NCBI GenBank assembly: GCA_030689845.1
Contig: JAUYHV010000317.1
Coordinates: 1-44,951, forward strand
Direction of reading: 5' to 3'
Length of the DNA stretch: 44,951 nucleotides
Source: Dehalococcoidia bacterium
Lineage (GTDB): Bacteria; Chloroflexota; Dehalococcoidia; JACQUA01
Every line of letters begins with the position of its first letter. The stretch's first letter is position 1. Positions 25,553-35,180 of this stretch are shown here, in pieces. The position numbers were made by a program, and so were the translations under genes. The notes under the pieces are model-generated. The model did no database searches. It was not told the DNA's origin and worked only from the letters and a program-made list of their open reading frames with translations.

Positions 25553-26806
25553 ATGCAATTGGACCGCAGAGTGGTTATTACCGGTCTTGGTATTATCAGC
25601 CCGATGGGGCTTGACGCAAAAATTACCTGGGAGGCTTTGGCTGATGGGAGGTCATCGGTGGGCCCGATAACGCATTTTGATGCTTCTAATTTCAGCACAA
25701 AGATCGCCGCCGAAGTTAAAGGATTTGACCCTGTTCAATTTATGGACAGGAAAGATGCCCGGCATATGGACCGTTTTACCCAATTTGCCATGGCAGCGTC
25801 TTTACAGGCGGTGGAACAGGCTAACCTGAAGCTGGATGGCGACACCGGCGATGAAACCGGGGTCATAATCGGAAGTGGTATGGGGGGGCTTGACACCTTG
25901 CACAAAGCTATCCTTACGCTTTCGGAAAGAGGACCGGGCAGAATAAACCCCTTTCTGGCTCCCATGATGATGGCTGATTCTGCTTCCGGAAATGTCTCTA
26001 TACGGCTGGGGGCCAGGGCTGCTAATTTTTGCACGACTTCAGCCTGTGCCAGCGGCGCTGACGCTATTGGGGAGGCTTTTGAAATAATAAAGCGGGGAGA
26101 TGCCAGGGTAATGCTTGCTGGCGGCTCCGATGCACTGATTACCCCGATAACAATAGCAGCTTTTAACGCCGCCCGTGCTCTATCCGTAAATAACGATGAC
26201 CCGCAACATGCTTCGAGGCCTTTCGACAAAACCAGGGACGGTTTTGTTGTGGGGGAAGGCTCCGCTATCCTTGTCATGGAAAGCCTGGATGTCGCTATCA
26301 AGAGGGGCGCAACGATACTGGCGGAGTTTGCCGGGTACGGCGCTACTGCCGACGCCTTTCATATTACCCAGCCTGACGATAAAGGTTTGGGTGGCGCCAG
26401 GGCTATGAAAAGAGCCCTGGATAAAAGTGGATTAGTTCCTGAAGAGGTCGAGTATATCAACGCTCATGGTACTGCAACCGTATTGAACGACAAATGTGAA
26501 ACCCTTGCCATTAAATCCGTTTTTGGTGACTATGCCTACAGGGTCCCCATAAGTTCCACGAAATCCATGATGGGTCATCTTTTGGGGGCAGCCGGAGCTA
26601 TAGAGGCGGCAATATGTGTTCTTACTATGCAGAACAGCCTTATTCCTCCCACGATTAACTATCAATACCCTGATCCCGAATGTGATTTGGATTATGTCCC
26701 CGATAAAGCCCGCCGTGGCTCTGTGCGGGTTGCCATGTCGAACTCCTTTGGTTTCGGCGGTCATAATTCCGTACTCCTTTTCAAAGAATACCGCGAGTCG
26801 TCATAG
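25553..26806 (+). CDS. fabF: Beta-ketoacyl-ACP synthase II
   Basis: Active-site Cys in TTSACASGADAIG, plus HGTATVLND, GHLLGAAG and NSFGFGGHN. Confidence 0.95.
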   Translation: MQLDRRVVITGLGIISPMGLDAKITWEALADGRSSVGPITHFDASNFSTKIAAEVKGFDPVQFMDRKDARHMDRFTQFAMAASLQAVEQANLKLDGDTGDETGVIIGSGMGGLDTLHKAILTLSERGPGRINPFLAPMMMADSASGNVSIRLGARAANFCTTSACASGADAIGEAFEIIKRGDARVMLAGGSDALITPITIAAFNAARALSVNNDDPQHASRPFDKTRDGFVVGEGSAILVMESLDVAIKRGATILAEFAGYGATADAFHITQPDDKGLGGARAMKRALDKSGLVPEEVEYINAHGTATVLNDKCETLAIKSVFGDYAYRVPISSTKSMMGHLLGAAGAIEAAICVLTMQNSLIPPTINYQYPDPECDLDYVPDKARRGSVRVAMSNSFGFGGHNSVLLFKEYRESS

Positions 26807-28497
26807 TGAAGCATAAAAGATGGAAAGTACTTTCTTTCCTCCCCGATTTAGATAAAACCGACGATAATCCCCATTCTCCTCTGATTTCTCAATTATTGCT
26901 TAACCGGGGACTGACAACCCCCGAACTTTGCCGGGATTTTATTTCGGGCAATGAGAGCCTTGCAGGAGATCCTTTTTTACTTCCGGATATCCCCCAGGCA
27001 ATCGGCCGTATCTTTCAAGCGATACTCAGGGGAGAAAAGATTACGGTATATGGCGATTTCGATGCAGATGGGATTACCGGTACTGCTTTATTAGTTGAGG
27101 GACTTACCGACCTTGGGGCCCAGGTGGAGGCATATCTGCCAGACCGGCATTCAGAAGGTCACGGTCTTAAAACGGAGGTACTGGAGAGTTTGAAGGAGAA
27201 GGGTTCTTCCCTGGTTATAACCGTTGACTGTGGCATCACGGATACCGAGGCGGCTGATTTTGCCGGGAGAAAAGGTCTGGATTTAATTATTACGGATCAC
27301 CACACTTTAACCAGGGGTATTCCGGAGTGTGTGGCAGTGATAAACCCGGACAGGGATGATTCTTTGTATCCTTTTAAGTTTATGGCCGGGGCGGGAGTTG
27401 CCTTTAAATTACTGGAGGCACTTTTCCATGCGAGCGGGAGGCAGGATATCTATGAAAAATACGCCGACCTCGCAGCCATCGGCACTATCGCTGACATGGT
27501 CCCGCTGATAGGTGATAACAGGTTTCTTGTTCTCAAAGGACTGCCGCTATTGAAAAATTCCAGGAGACCCGGGTTGCGGGAGCTAATAAAAAATTCCGGA
27601 GTCGATCCGGAAGGCATAGATGCCGATGCAGTGGCATGGAGTATCGGACCACGCCTTAATACCGCAAGCCGGATAGATCATGCCCTGTTAAGCTATAAAT
27701 TGCTCACTACATCTTCCGCGGAGGAAGCAAAGGAGCTTGCCAGGGAGCTTGAGAAAAAAAATACTGAACGGCAGAGGCTGACTGAAAAGATTTATTCACT
27801 GGCTCTTGAACAAGTTCAAAGTATGTTGCCCCTGAGTAAAATACTGGTTGTGTCCGGCAGCGACTACAGTTCCAGTGTTAATGGTATAGTTGCCGGAAGA
27901 CTGGTTGACGAATTTTACCGTCCCAGCATAGTTATTGAAAAAAATAACGGAGAAGGATACGGCAGCGCCCGAAGCATTCCTGAATTTGATATGATAGGCG
28001 CACTGTCTCTTTGTGGTGAACTGCTGTCAAAATATGGGGGGCATCCGGGGGCAGCGGGATTTTCTTTGCCTGTCGGTATGATTCCTGCTCTCGAAGGAAG
28101 ATTGCTGGAAATAGCAGCCAGGGAGTTAGAGGGGGTTGATTTAATACCTGAAGTAACCATTGATGCTGAAATTCCCCTAGTACAGGGATTAGGGACCGCA
28201 TATAAGACCATGCAGTCGCTGGCTCCTTTCGGAAAAGGGAATCCGTTGCCCACTTTTTTGTCAAGAGGGGTTAAGGTAGTGGAAAACAGATATATTGGGG
28301 ACAAGGGCAAGCACGTGCGGTTTAAACTCATGTCGGAAAACGTGGTCTGGCAGGCGATAGGGTTTGGCTTCGGAGAATTTGCGGGAGAGTTCACACAGAA
28401 TATGGACATTGTCTATACTTTAAATATCGACCGTTGGGGTGGGGCAGAAACTATTGAATTAAACCTGAAAGACTTCCGACCGTCTGGACAGGATTAA
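26806..28497 (+). CDS. recJ: Single-stranded-DNA-specific exonuclease RecJ
   Basis: DHH family motifs YGDFDADGITG, VDCG and ITDHH, plus a DHHA1 region. GTG start overlaps the fabF stop by 1 nt. Confidence 0.92.
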   Translation: MKHKRWKVLSFLPDLDKTDDNPHSPLISQLLLNRGLTTPELCRDFISGNESLAGDPFLLPDIPQAIGRIFQAILRGEKITVYGDFDADGITGTALLVEGLTDLGAQVEAYLPDRHSEGHGLKTEVLESLKEKGSSLVITVDCGITDTEAADFAGRKGLDLIITDHHTLTRGIPECVAVINPDRDDSLYPFKFMAGAGVAFKLLEALFHASGRQDIYEKYADLAAIGTIADMVPLIGDNRFLVLKGLPLLKNSRRPGLRELIKNSGVDPEGIDADAVAWSIGPRLNTASRIDHALLSYKLLTTSSAEEAKELARELEKKNTERQRLTEKIYSLALEQVQSMLPLSKILVVSGSDYSSSVNGIVAGRLVDEFYRPSIVIEKNNGEGYGSARSIPEFDMIGALSLCGELLSKYGGHPGAAGFSLPVGMIPALEGRLLEIAARELEGVDLIPEVTIDAEIPLVQGLGTAYKTMQSLAPFGKGNPLPTFLSRGVKVVENRYIGDKGKHVRFKLMSENVVWQAIGFGFGEFAGEFTQNMDIVYTLNIDRWGGAETIELNLKDFRPSGQD

Positions 28498-28655
28498 GCC
28501 CCTGTAACACGGGTAAGGAGTCGGGCGGTCTTTTGGCGAAATGCAACTCCCGGGTTAGTGTCGGCGGCTTCCCTTTATGTGGGCATAAAGATATAATAAA
28601 AAGAACTTTTCCATCTTACACATGTTATTCATTTGATAGAGTGGAGTAAGGTAAA

Positions 28656-30416
28656 TTGCAGCCTTCAACTGATAAAAATAACGCAGAGCAACTCGATACA
28701 ATGCGGCATTCGGCTGCCCATGTGATGGCCGAGGCGGTTAAAACAATATTTCCTGATGCACAATTCGGTATCGGACCCACTATTGAAGACGGCTTCTATT
28801 ATGACTTTGATCTCCCCCGGGCACTACATACGGAGGATTTGGCCACATTAGAACAGTTAATGACAGAAATTGTTAGTAAGGGTGAGCCTTTTATAAGGGA
28901 AGAAATAGATGTAAAAACGGCCAGGCAGCTTTTCGCAGACCAGCCGTATAAGTTGGAACTCATTGATGAACTCGGGGATAACGTCCTGTCGGTTTACAGG
29001 GATGGCGCTTTCCTTGACCTTTGCCGCGGTCCCCATGTTAAGTCTACCGACCAGGTAAAAGCGTTCAAGTTGCTCAGTGTGGCCGGGGCTTACTGGCGGG
29101 GTGATGAACGGCGTCCCATGCTCCAGCGTATTTACGGCACAGCCTTTGAAACAGAGGAAGAATTAAATAAATATTTGGAGCGGTTGGCCGAGGCAGCCAG
29201 AAGAGACCATCGAAAACTTGGTAAAGAACTGGACCTGTTCAGCCTGCACGAGGAGGCGGGACCTGGATTGGTTCATTGGCATCCCAAGGGGGCGACAATA
29301 AGACGCCTGATAGAAGATTTTTGGAAGGTGGAACATTTAAAACGGGGTTATGATATCGTTTACACTCCTCACCTTGCCAAGGTCAATCTCTGGAAAATCA
29401 GCGGACACTGGGATTTTTATAGGGAAAACCTTTATTCCCCCATGGATATAGACGGGCAGGACTACATTGTTAAACCAATGAACTGCCTGGGCCATATATT
29501 GATGTATAAAACCCGTTTAAGAAGCTACAGGGAATTACCACTGCGCTGGGCTGAACTTGGTACAGTCTACCGCTATGAGCGCTCAGGTGTGCTTCATGGT
29601 TTGGCCAGGGTAAGAGGTTTCACCCAGGATGATGCCCATATTTTCTGCCGCCCCGATCAACTCGAGGATGAAGTAACGAGGGTGCTGGAACTCGCGCGGT
29701 TTATGTTAAAAACCTTTGGTTTCAGCGAATACGAAATTCTCCTGTCCACCAGGCCTGAAAAATATGCGGGAACCCTCGATATCTGGGAAAAAGCGACTGA
29801 TACGTTGAAGACCTGCCTGGAAAAGCTGGAGTTACCTTATGCTGTGGACCCCGGGGAAGGTGTTTTCTACGGACCTAAAATAGACATAAAGATAAAAGAC
29901 GCTGTCGGTCATTTGTGGCAGGGACCTACTACCCAGGTAGATTTTAATCTGCCCCAGCGGTTCGATGTTAACTTCATAGGAAACGACGGTCAGGAAAACC
30001 AGGTGGTTATGGTTCACCGTACTGTCCTGGGCAGCATGGAACGGTTTATGGCTTGTTTGATCGAGCATTACGGCGGCGCTTTTCCCTTCTGGTTGGCTCC
30101 TGTTCAGGTAACCATCATCCCTATAGCTGACAGACATGGTGAATATGCAGGAAAAGTTAGAGACGACCTGCTCCTGGCCGGCATCAGGACCAGAATAGAT
30201 GATCGACCGGAGAGGATGAATTCGAAGATCAGGGAAGCTCAACTCGAGAAAATCCCGGTTATGCTGGTTGTCGGCGATAAAGAAGTTGATAGCTCCACGG
30301 TAGCGGTCAGGCTGCGAAACGGGAAAGACCTTGGTCCGTTGTCTTCGCAGCAATTTCTCGAAATGGCCCAGCATGCCGTAAACAGTAAAAACGATACCAT
30401 AGAAAACAAAGGATAA
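28656..30416 (+). CDS. thrS: Threonine--tRNA ligase lacking the N-terminal TGS domain
   Basis: Editing-domain HSAAHVMAEA...GFYYDFD, class II core motifs (YRYERSG, GFTQDDAHIF) and a C-terminal anticodon-binding domain. TTG start. The protein begins at the position equivalent to the editing (N2) domain. Confidence 0.94.
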   Translation: MQPSTDKNNAEQLDTMRHSAAHVMAEAVKTIFPDAQFGIGPTIEDGFYYDFDLPRALHTEDLATLEQLMTEIVSKGEPFIREEIDVKTARQLFADQPYKLELIDELGDNVLSVYRDGAFLDLCRGPHVKSTDQVKAFKLLSVAGAYWRGDERRPMLQRIYGTAFETEEELNKYLERLAEAARRDHRKLGKELDLFSLHEEAGPGLVHWHPKGATIRRLIEDFWKVEHLKRGYDIVYTPHLAKVNLWKISGHWDFYRENLYSPMDIDGQDYIVKPMNCLGHILMYKTRLRSYRELPLRWAELGTVYRYERSGVLHGLARVRGFTQDDAHIFCRPDQLEDEVTRVLELARFMLKTFGFSEYEILLSTRPEKYAGTLDIWEKATDTLKTCLEKLELPYAVDPGEGVFYGPKIDIKIKDAVGHLWQGPTTQVDFNLPQRFDVNFIGNDGQENQVVMVHRTVLGSMERFMACLIEHYGGAFPFWLAPVQVTIIPIADRHGEYAGKVRDDLLLAGIRTRIDDRPERMNSKIREAQLEKIPVMLVVGDKEVDSSTVAVRLRNGKDLGPLSSQQFLEMAQHAVNSKNDTIENKG

Positions 30417-30593
30417 TAAACTTCCTTTTAAACGAGCGGGGAGCAATTTATGCGGGAATCCCAGATTTCCGGTAAAAGCAGTCCTTTATACAACAGAGAT
30501 TACCCGGCTTGAAGCTTGTTGCTGGATAAGCAATGATTCTGGAGACGTGCCGGCCTGGTTGTCCCGTCAGGACTAATCTTATTGCGCCTGCTT

Positions 30594-30601
30594 TTGATAA
30601 G
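30594..30601. repeat. Target-site duplication TTGATAAG (left copy)
   Basis: Identical 8-mer at 33240-33247, directly abutting the terminal inverted repeats. Confidence 0.8.
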
Positions 30602-30678
30602 GTAATAGGTAAGTTTTTCCAAAAAACCCTGAGCGGTTTTCCGGTTTTCCAATCTGACATTAAAAGGGTTATTATGAA

Positions 30679-30702
30679 GCCGAGGTTTAACCTCGGCTTT
30701 TT
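30679..30702 (+). terminator. Hairpin GCCGAGG-TTTAA-CCTCGGC plus TTTTT just inside the IS, next to the transposase stop
   Basis: 7-bp GC-rich stem followed by a T5 run on the plus strand. It would block read-in transcription from thrS. Confidence 0.55.
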
Positions 30703-30706
30703 CAAT

Positions 30707-32167
30707 TCATGGCGACCTTATCTTTGGCAATTCCGTAAATGAAGTTAAGGGCTTTACTGATAAAGCCAGAGAGATATTTAATGGTTCAATGCCATTCAAG
30801 ATGCCGGTCTGAATAATACTCATTATCACTGCCTGGTTTGAAGCCCCCAAAGCTGAACGGTTGCCAAAAGTTATCTTTCTCATGATAACATTAGGCCTCA
30901 ATTGCCGCTCGGCCCGATTATTGGTCGGCTCAACCAGGGGATTATCCAGGAAGGTGAACAACTCCTGATTGAATTTTATTATCCGCTTACGGATACGCCG
31001 CGCATCCTTATGCTCGATGGGTAATGACAGCAACTCCATCATCCTTGAGATGGCCCGCTCCTTTTCCTTGACCAAATCTTCAAAAACCTTTGTCCCTTCA
31101 TGGTATTCATTCCAAACGTTAATCATCTGCTTCAATAAGGTCTTCAGTTCCTGACAAAATATCCCGTCAATACTATCTGGAACAAATTTATTCTTCTCCT
31201 GGATTTTCTTAATCTCAGCCAGAAGGTGACCCAGGCAACGCTGCTTGGCCAGGGCCTTTGGTTTGTTGTAAGCCGAATAAAAATCACTAATCAAAACCCC
31301 TTGATACTTCTCACCCAAGATATCGCTGACAACCTTGCTTCCACGACTTTTGTCAATCTGATAGAAGGCCGCATCTTTATTGGTAAAGACCCACAACCAG
31401 TGATTCTGACCATTAACCCGCCAACCTGTCTCATCACCATTGACACAAGCTGAATGACGGATCCCCTCCTTTATCGCCTCATAAATTGGGGCACCATTTT
31501 GGGCTTGCTCGGCATTAAAAGCCAAAAATGATGGGTGAGTGAGATTTATACCAAAGATGTTTTTGAATATCCTGGTGGCCTTCCGATAGGGCAGACCAAG
31601 ATAGCGCAGGTAACCACCCACCGCACGAGCCTGAACCCCGATTCGGTCACCTGGAATTACAGCTTCTTTGGCTTTGGGATAAACCACCTTTTTACACTGC
31701 TTACAGTAGCCATAATGTAGCCGATAACAGGTCACCTTCTTCTTTATCTCGATATCTTCTACCACGTGCTCATCAAAACTTTTCTCATAGGCCTTAATCT
31801 GACCACCACACCTATCGCATTTATCAGGATAGATTTCAATAAGTTCAGTGATCTCTTCTGGCCGTCTGCGACTATTTCCACGATGACCGCAAGGGGCACC
31901 GCGTTTCGGACGGTTAACATCGTGATCTGGCTTTACTTGAGGCTTGAAAATCTTACCCAGCATTTGCTTCAATTGATAACTCAGCGTCTCTTTTTCCTCT
32001 TTAATATTTTGGTTTTCTTGCCGCAACTTTTCAATCTCTGCCTGAGCCAGCGCCATCACCTTTTCCATTTCATCGATCCGCTGGCTTAAGTAATCCCGCT
32101 CACGAATTAGACGCCAAACATCTCCACCCTTTAGATAGGGACAACGAGTACCGTGATGACACTCCAC
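30707..32167 (-). CDS. IS66-family DDE transposase (TnpC type)
   Basis: N-terminal coiled coil or leucine zipper, zinc finger CDRCGG...CKQC, DETGWRVNGQNHWLWVF, ISDFYSAYN and TNNRAERQLRPNVIMRK. Confidence 0.92.
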   Translation of the reverse strand: MECHHGTRCPYLKGGDVWRLIRERDYLSQRIDEMEKVMALAQAEIEKLRQENQNIKEEKETLSYQLKQMLGKIFKPQVKPDHDVNRPKRGAPCGHRGNSRRRPEEITELIEIYPDKCDRCGGQIKAYEKSFDEHVVEDIEIKKKVTCYRLHYGYCKQCKKVVYPKAKEAVIPGDRIGVQARAVGGYLRYLGLPYRKATRIFKNIFGINLTHPSFLAFNAEQAQNGAPIYEAIKEGIRHSACVNGDETGWRVNGQNHWLWVFTNKDAAFYQIDKSRGSKVVSDILGEKYQGVLISDFYSAYNKPKALAKQRCLGHLLAEIKKIQEKNKFVPDSIDGIFCQELKTLLKQMINVWNEYHEGTKVFEDLVKEKERAISRMMELLSLPIEHKDARRIRKRIIKFNQELFTFLDNPLVEPTNNRAERQLRPNVIMRKITFGNRSALGASNQAVIMSIIQTGILNGIEPLNISLALSVKPLTSFTELPKIRSP

Positions 32168-32168
32168 T

Positions 32169-33080
32169 CTATTTGCCTTCCATCTGTCGCCCTCTCTGCT
32201 CGCCCACCCGCTGGTTGAGGGCCTCCCGAAATCTTTCTGTCAGCGGGTAAAGGTAAATATGTTTGACGGGCACTTTAAGGGTGGCATGCCTGTCGTTGCG
32301 GCTGCGCCCCTTGCTTTGACCTACCAAAATCCAGTTGGCAGCCTGGTAACAGATGCCCCGGAAGCAATCCCGCTCCACAAAGGTTTCCAGCAGATAGATG
32401 GGATGGCCGTATTTCTCCATCCAGTCCCCGCTGATACGCCTGGCGCCTCTTCCCAGGATATGACTGGCCAGATGCGGAACTCTGACCCAGGGCAAAATCA
32501 AAAACCGCATGTTGTTGGTCAGGAACTGGAGATTTGCTTCTCTTGTAGCTGCATCCCAGCCGATAAAGTCATCCCGGGGGGCATTCTTCCAGGCTGCCGA
32601 GCCAAAGAGAAGGCAGGCAAGGGGATTTCGCTCCCGGTCAAAAACCATATACTTCATGTTCTCTCCCACAGTGCCATTGAAACCCAGATAATGATACTGG
32701 GAAAGCAGACCCTTGAAGAGCCCCAGAAGACCTGGGTCTTCAACCAGCTCGACATATACCGGTGCCAGGGCGCTCAAAGCGCAGGCAATAGGCTCAGTTT
32801 TATGGGGGACGCAGGGAATAGAGAGCTTACGACAGCCCCAACCGGAAGGTGATTGACGCGCAGGCAAGGTGATATGGCCCCGCTGCTCTAATTTTAAAAG
32901 AAGGGTACGGCAGGCCATATCCTTGACCTGGCCATTGGCGGCACGCCAATTCCACAGAACGCATAGCTCCCGGGAAAGCCGGGTGCGATTCTGGGAAGGA
33001 TTGGCTTCGATCAGCCGCTGGACTAATTCAATGTCATCCTGCGTTATTCCCCGTCCCTGAACGGTCATTGTCTTTTCCAT
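32169..33080 (-). CDS. DUF4338 (DruA-like) protein with an N-terminal winged-helix-like segment
   Basis: Motifs LLSQYHYLGFNGTVGENMKYMVF, FLILPWVRVPHLASHIL and LETFVERDCFRGICYQAANW. The stop lies 1 nt from the transposase start. Family recalled from memory, not searched. Confidence 0.75.
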   Translation of the reverse strand: MEKTMTVQGRGITQDDIELVQRLIEANPSQNRTRLSRELCVLWNWRAANGQVKDMACRTLLLKLEQRGHITLPARQSPSGWGCRKLSIPCVPHKTEPIACALSALAPVYVELVEDPGLLGLFKGLLSQYHYLGFNGTVGENMKYMVFDRERNPLACLLFGSAAWKNAPRDDFIGWDAATREANLQFLTNNMRFLILPWVRVPHLASHILGRGARRISGDWMEKYGHPIYLLETFVERDCFRGICYQAANWILVGQSKGRSRNDRHATLKVPVKHIYLYPLTERFREALNQRVGEQRGRQMEGK

Positions 33081-33086
33081 GATTTG

Positions 33087-33115
33087 ATAGTATCACGAAA
33101 ATGAGACCGAGTCCA
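33087..33115 (-). promoter_or_regulatory. Candidate inward promoter of the IS genes: TGGACT - 17 nt - TGaTACTAT; near-leaderless
   Basis: The -10 box TACTAT (complement of 33087-33092) ends 6 nt before the ATG at 33080. No Shine-Dalgarno sequence is present. Confidence 0.4.
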
Positions 33116-33178
33116 GAGGGATATCACAATTTATTGACTTTTTTCCCCCAATTCTGATAAAAATCTCAAAAAAAACCC

Positions 33179-33207
33179 TTGACAGCGGGGAGGGGGGGTG
33201 ATACTAT
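33179..33207 (+). promoter_or_regulatory. Candidate outward-facing promoter inside the IS end: TTGACA - 17 nt - TGaTACTAT
   Basis: TTGACA at 33179-33184 and TACTAT at 33202-33207, preceded by TG. It points out of the element toward rsmD (ATG at 33266). Confidence 0.45.
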
Positions 33208-33239
33208 AAGCTAAGTTTTTGGAAAAACTAAACTATTAC

Positions 33240-33247
33240 TTGATAAG
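33240..33247. repeat. Target-site duplication TTGATAAG (right copy)
   Basis: Identical to 30594-30601. Confidence 0.8.
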
Positions 33248-33256
33248 TGCTATACT
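33248..33256 (+). promoter_or_regulatory. Extended -10 (TGcTATACT) of the native rsmD promoter, now separated from its -35 box by the IS
   Basis: Removing the IS and one target-site duplication copy restores TTGCGC (30582-30587) - 17 nt - TATACT (33251-33256). The ATG of rsmD lies 9 nt after the -10 box. Confidence 0.45.
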
Positions 33257-33265
33257 TTATGAGCT

Positions 33266-33816
33266 ATGCGGGTTATAGCCGGAACAAGCAAGGGGCTTCA
33301 ATTAAAATCACCGAAAAGCACAACCACCAGACCGACTACGGACATGGTCAAAGAGGCGTTGTTTTCTATCCTCGAATCCATGGATATACAATGGAACCGG
33401 GTGCTGGACCTTTTCGCCGGGTCGGGGGCTTTGGGTATTGAATCCCTCAGCCGTGGGGCTGAACAGGTGGATTTTGTCGAGCAGAATATCGGGGCTTGCA
33501 GCGTAATAAAATCTAATCTTGAACATGGCGGATTGACGGCTTTTTCCCGTGTTTGTTGCAGCGATGCCGGTCGGACATTACAGAATCTTAAAGATCCGTA
33601 CGACCTGGTTTTTATGGACCCTCCATATCGTGACCGAACAATTCATCAATTACTGCTGCAATTCTCATTGACAGGGTTGCTGAACGATGGAGGAGTAGTC
33701 GTGCTCCTACACTCAAGCAGGGTGGAAATAAACCAGTGTTACGGGAATTTATTATTGATAAAGCAAAGGAAATACGGGGATACAGGGGTTTCTATTTTTC
33801 GAAAGGATAGCGCGCA

Positions 33817-33820
<4 letters not shown>
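33266..33820 (+). CDS. rsmD: 16S rRNA (guanine966-N2)-methyltransferase RsmD
   Basis: Motifs MRVIAGTSKGLQLKSP, DLFAGSGALGIE and FMDPPY. Confidence 0.9.
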
Positions 33821-34591
<771 letters not shown>

Positions 34592-34838
34592 AATCGAAAC
34601 CCTGGCAACGGGGATAATCATGGTAATCCAGTTCCGGAGATGATAGGTCCGGGTACAACCCCGGGGATAAGCGCTAACGGCCCCGGGTATCTGCGCAATG
34701 GAATACGTTGCCATGAGGTTTTAAAGCAGGGGTAAATAGCTCAACCTTTCCGGCTGGGTTCCTAACAAATCCACGGGTATGAAATTGGTTTATGCACGTA
34801 TTTATTGAATAAGCTTTATATCAGGAGGAAAAACACAA

Positions 34839-35102
34839 ATGGCCTATAAAATTACCGAAGAATGTATCGCCTGCGGAGCCTGTGAGCCCGAATGTGACAA
34901 TAAGGCGATAACAGAAGGGGACCCGGTTTATATTATCGACCCCGATAAGTGTACCGAGTGTGTGGGTAATGCCGACATGCCCATGTGTGTTGAAGCCTGT
35001 TCCGTTGACTGCTGTGTGCCGGACCCGGACCACAAGGAAACTAAAGAGCAACTGCTCGAAAAATGGAAAAAGCTAAATCCAGGCAAAGAACCAAAAGCCT
35101 GA
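34839..35102 (+). CDS. 2x[4Fe-4S] ferredoxin paralog, copy 2 (both Cys-Pro motifs altered)
   Basis: [12 protein letters not shown] and CTECVGNADMPMCVEACSVDC. My hand alignment to copy 1 gives 23 mismatches in 87 aa. AGGAGG Shine-Dalgarno sequence. Confidence 0.9.
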   Translation: MAYKITEECIACGACEPECDNKAITEGDPVYIIDPDKCTECVGNADMPMCVEACSVDCCVPDPDHKETKEQLLEKWKKLNPGKEPKA

Positions 35103-35135
35103 GAACAACAAAAATCAAAACCGGAGTTAATAATA

Positions 35136-35163
35136 AGGGCCGCTAAAAGCGGCCCTTTTGTAT
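35136..35163. terminator. Bidirectional rho-independent terminator between the ferredoxin gene and cvpA
   Basis: AGGGCCGC-TAAAA-GCGGCCCT followed by TTTTG, with an A-rich tract on the other side. Confidence 0.7.
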
Positions 35164-35180
35164 TTGAAATGTTCCTCTGC

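Larger units (their letters stand above)
30602..33239 (-). mobile_element. Intact IS66-family-type insertion sequence (2638 bp) carrying a DUF4338 gene plus a TnpC-type transposase
   Basis: The left terminal inverted repeat (30602-30626) is GTAATAGGTAAGTTTTTCCAAAAAA. The reverse complement of 33215-33239 is GTAATAGTTTAGTTTTTCCAAAAAC, matching 22/25 positions. A perfect 8-bp target-site duplication flanks the element, and it holds two tightly packed ORFs. Confidence 0.85.

Noticed and set aside
28498-28655. Possible T-box or other leader upstream of thrS
   Set aside because: No T-box consensus, specifier-loop arrangement, or terminator/antiterminator pair is visible in the 158-nt region.
30448-30705. 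85-aa minus-strand ORF between thrS and the transposase
   Set aside because: It runs across the IS boundary and target duplication at 30594-30602. It is therefore a chimeric reading frame with no Shine-Dalgarno sequence, not a gene.
32169-33080. DruA-like DUF4338 gene as a marker of a Druantia anti-phage island
   Set aside because: No DruB-E genes or large helicase genes are nearby. The gene sits inside the inverted repeats of an IS and is translationally coupled to an IS66-type transposase. It is therefore mobile-element content, not a defence operon.
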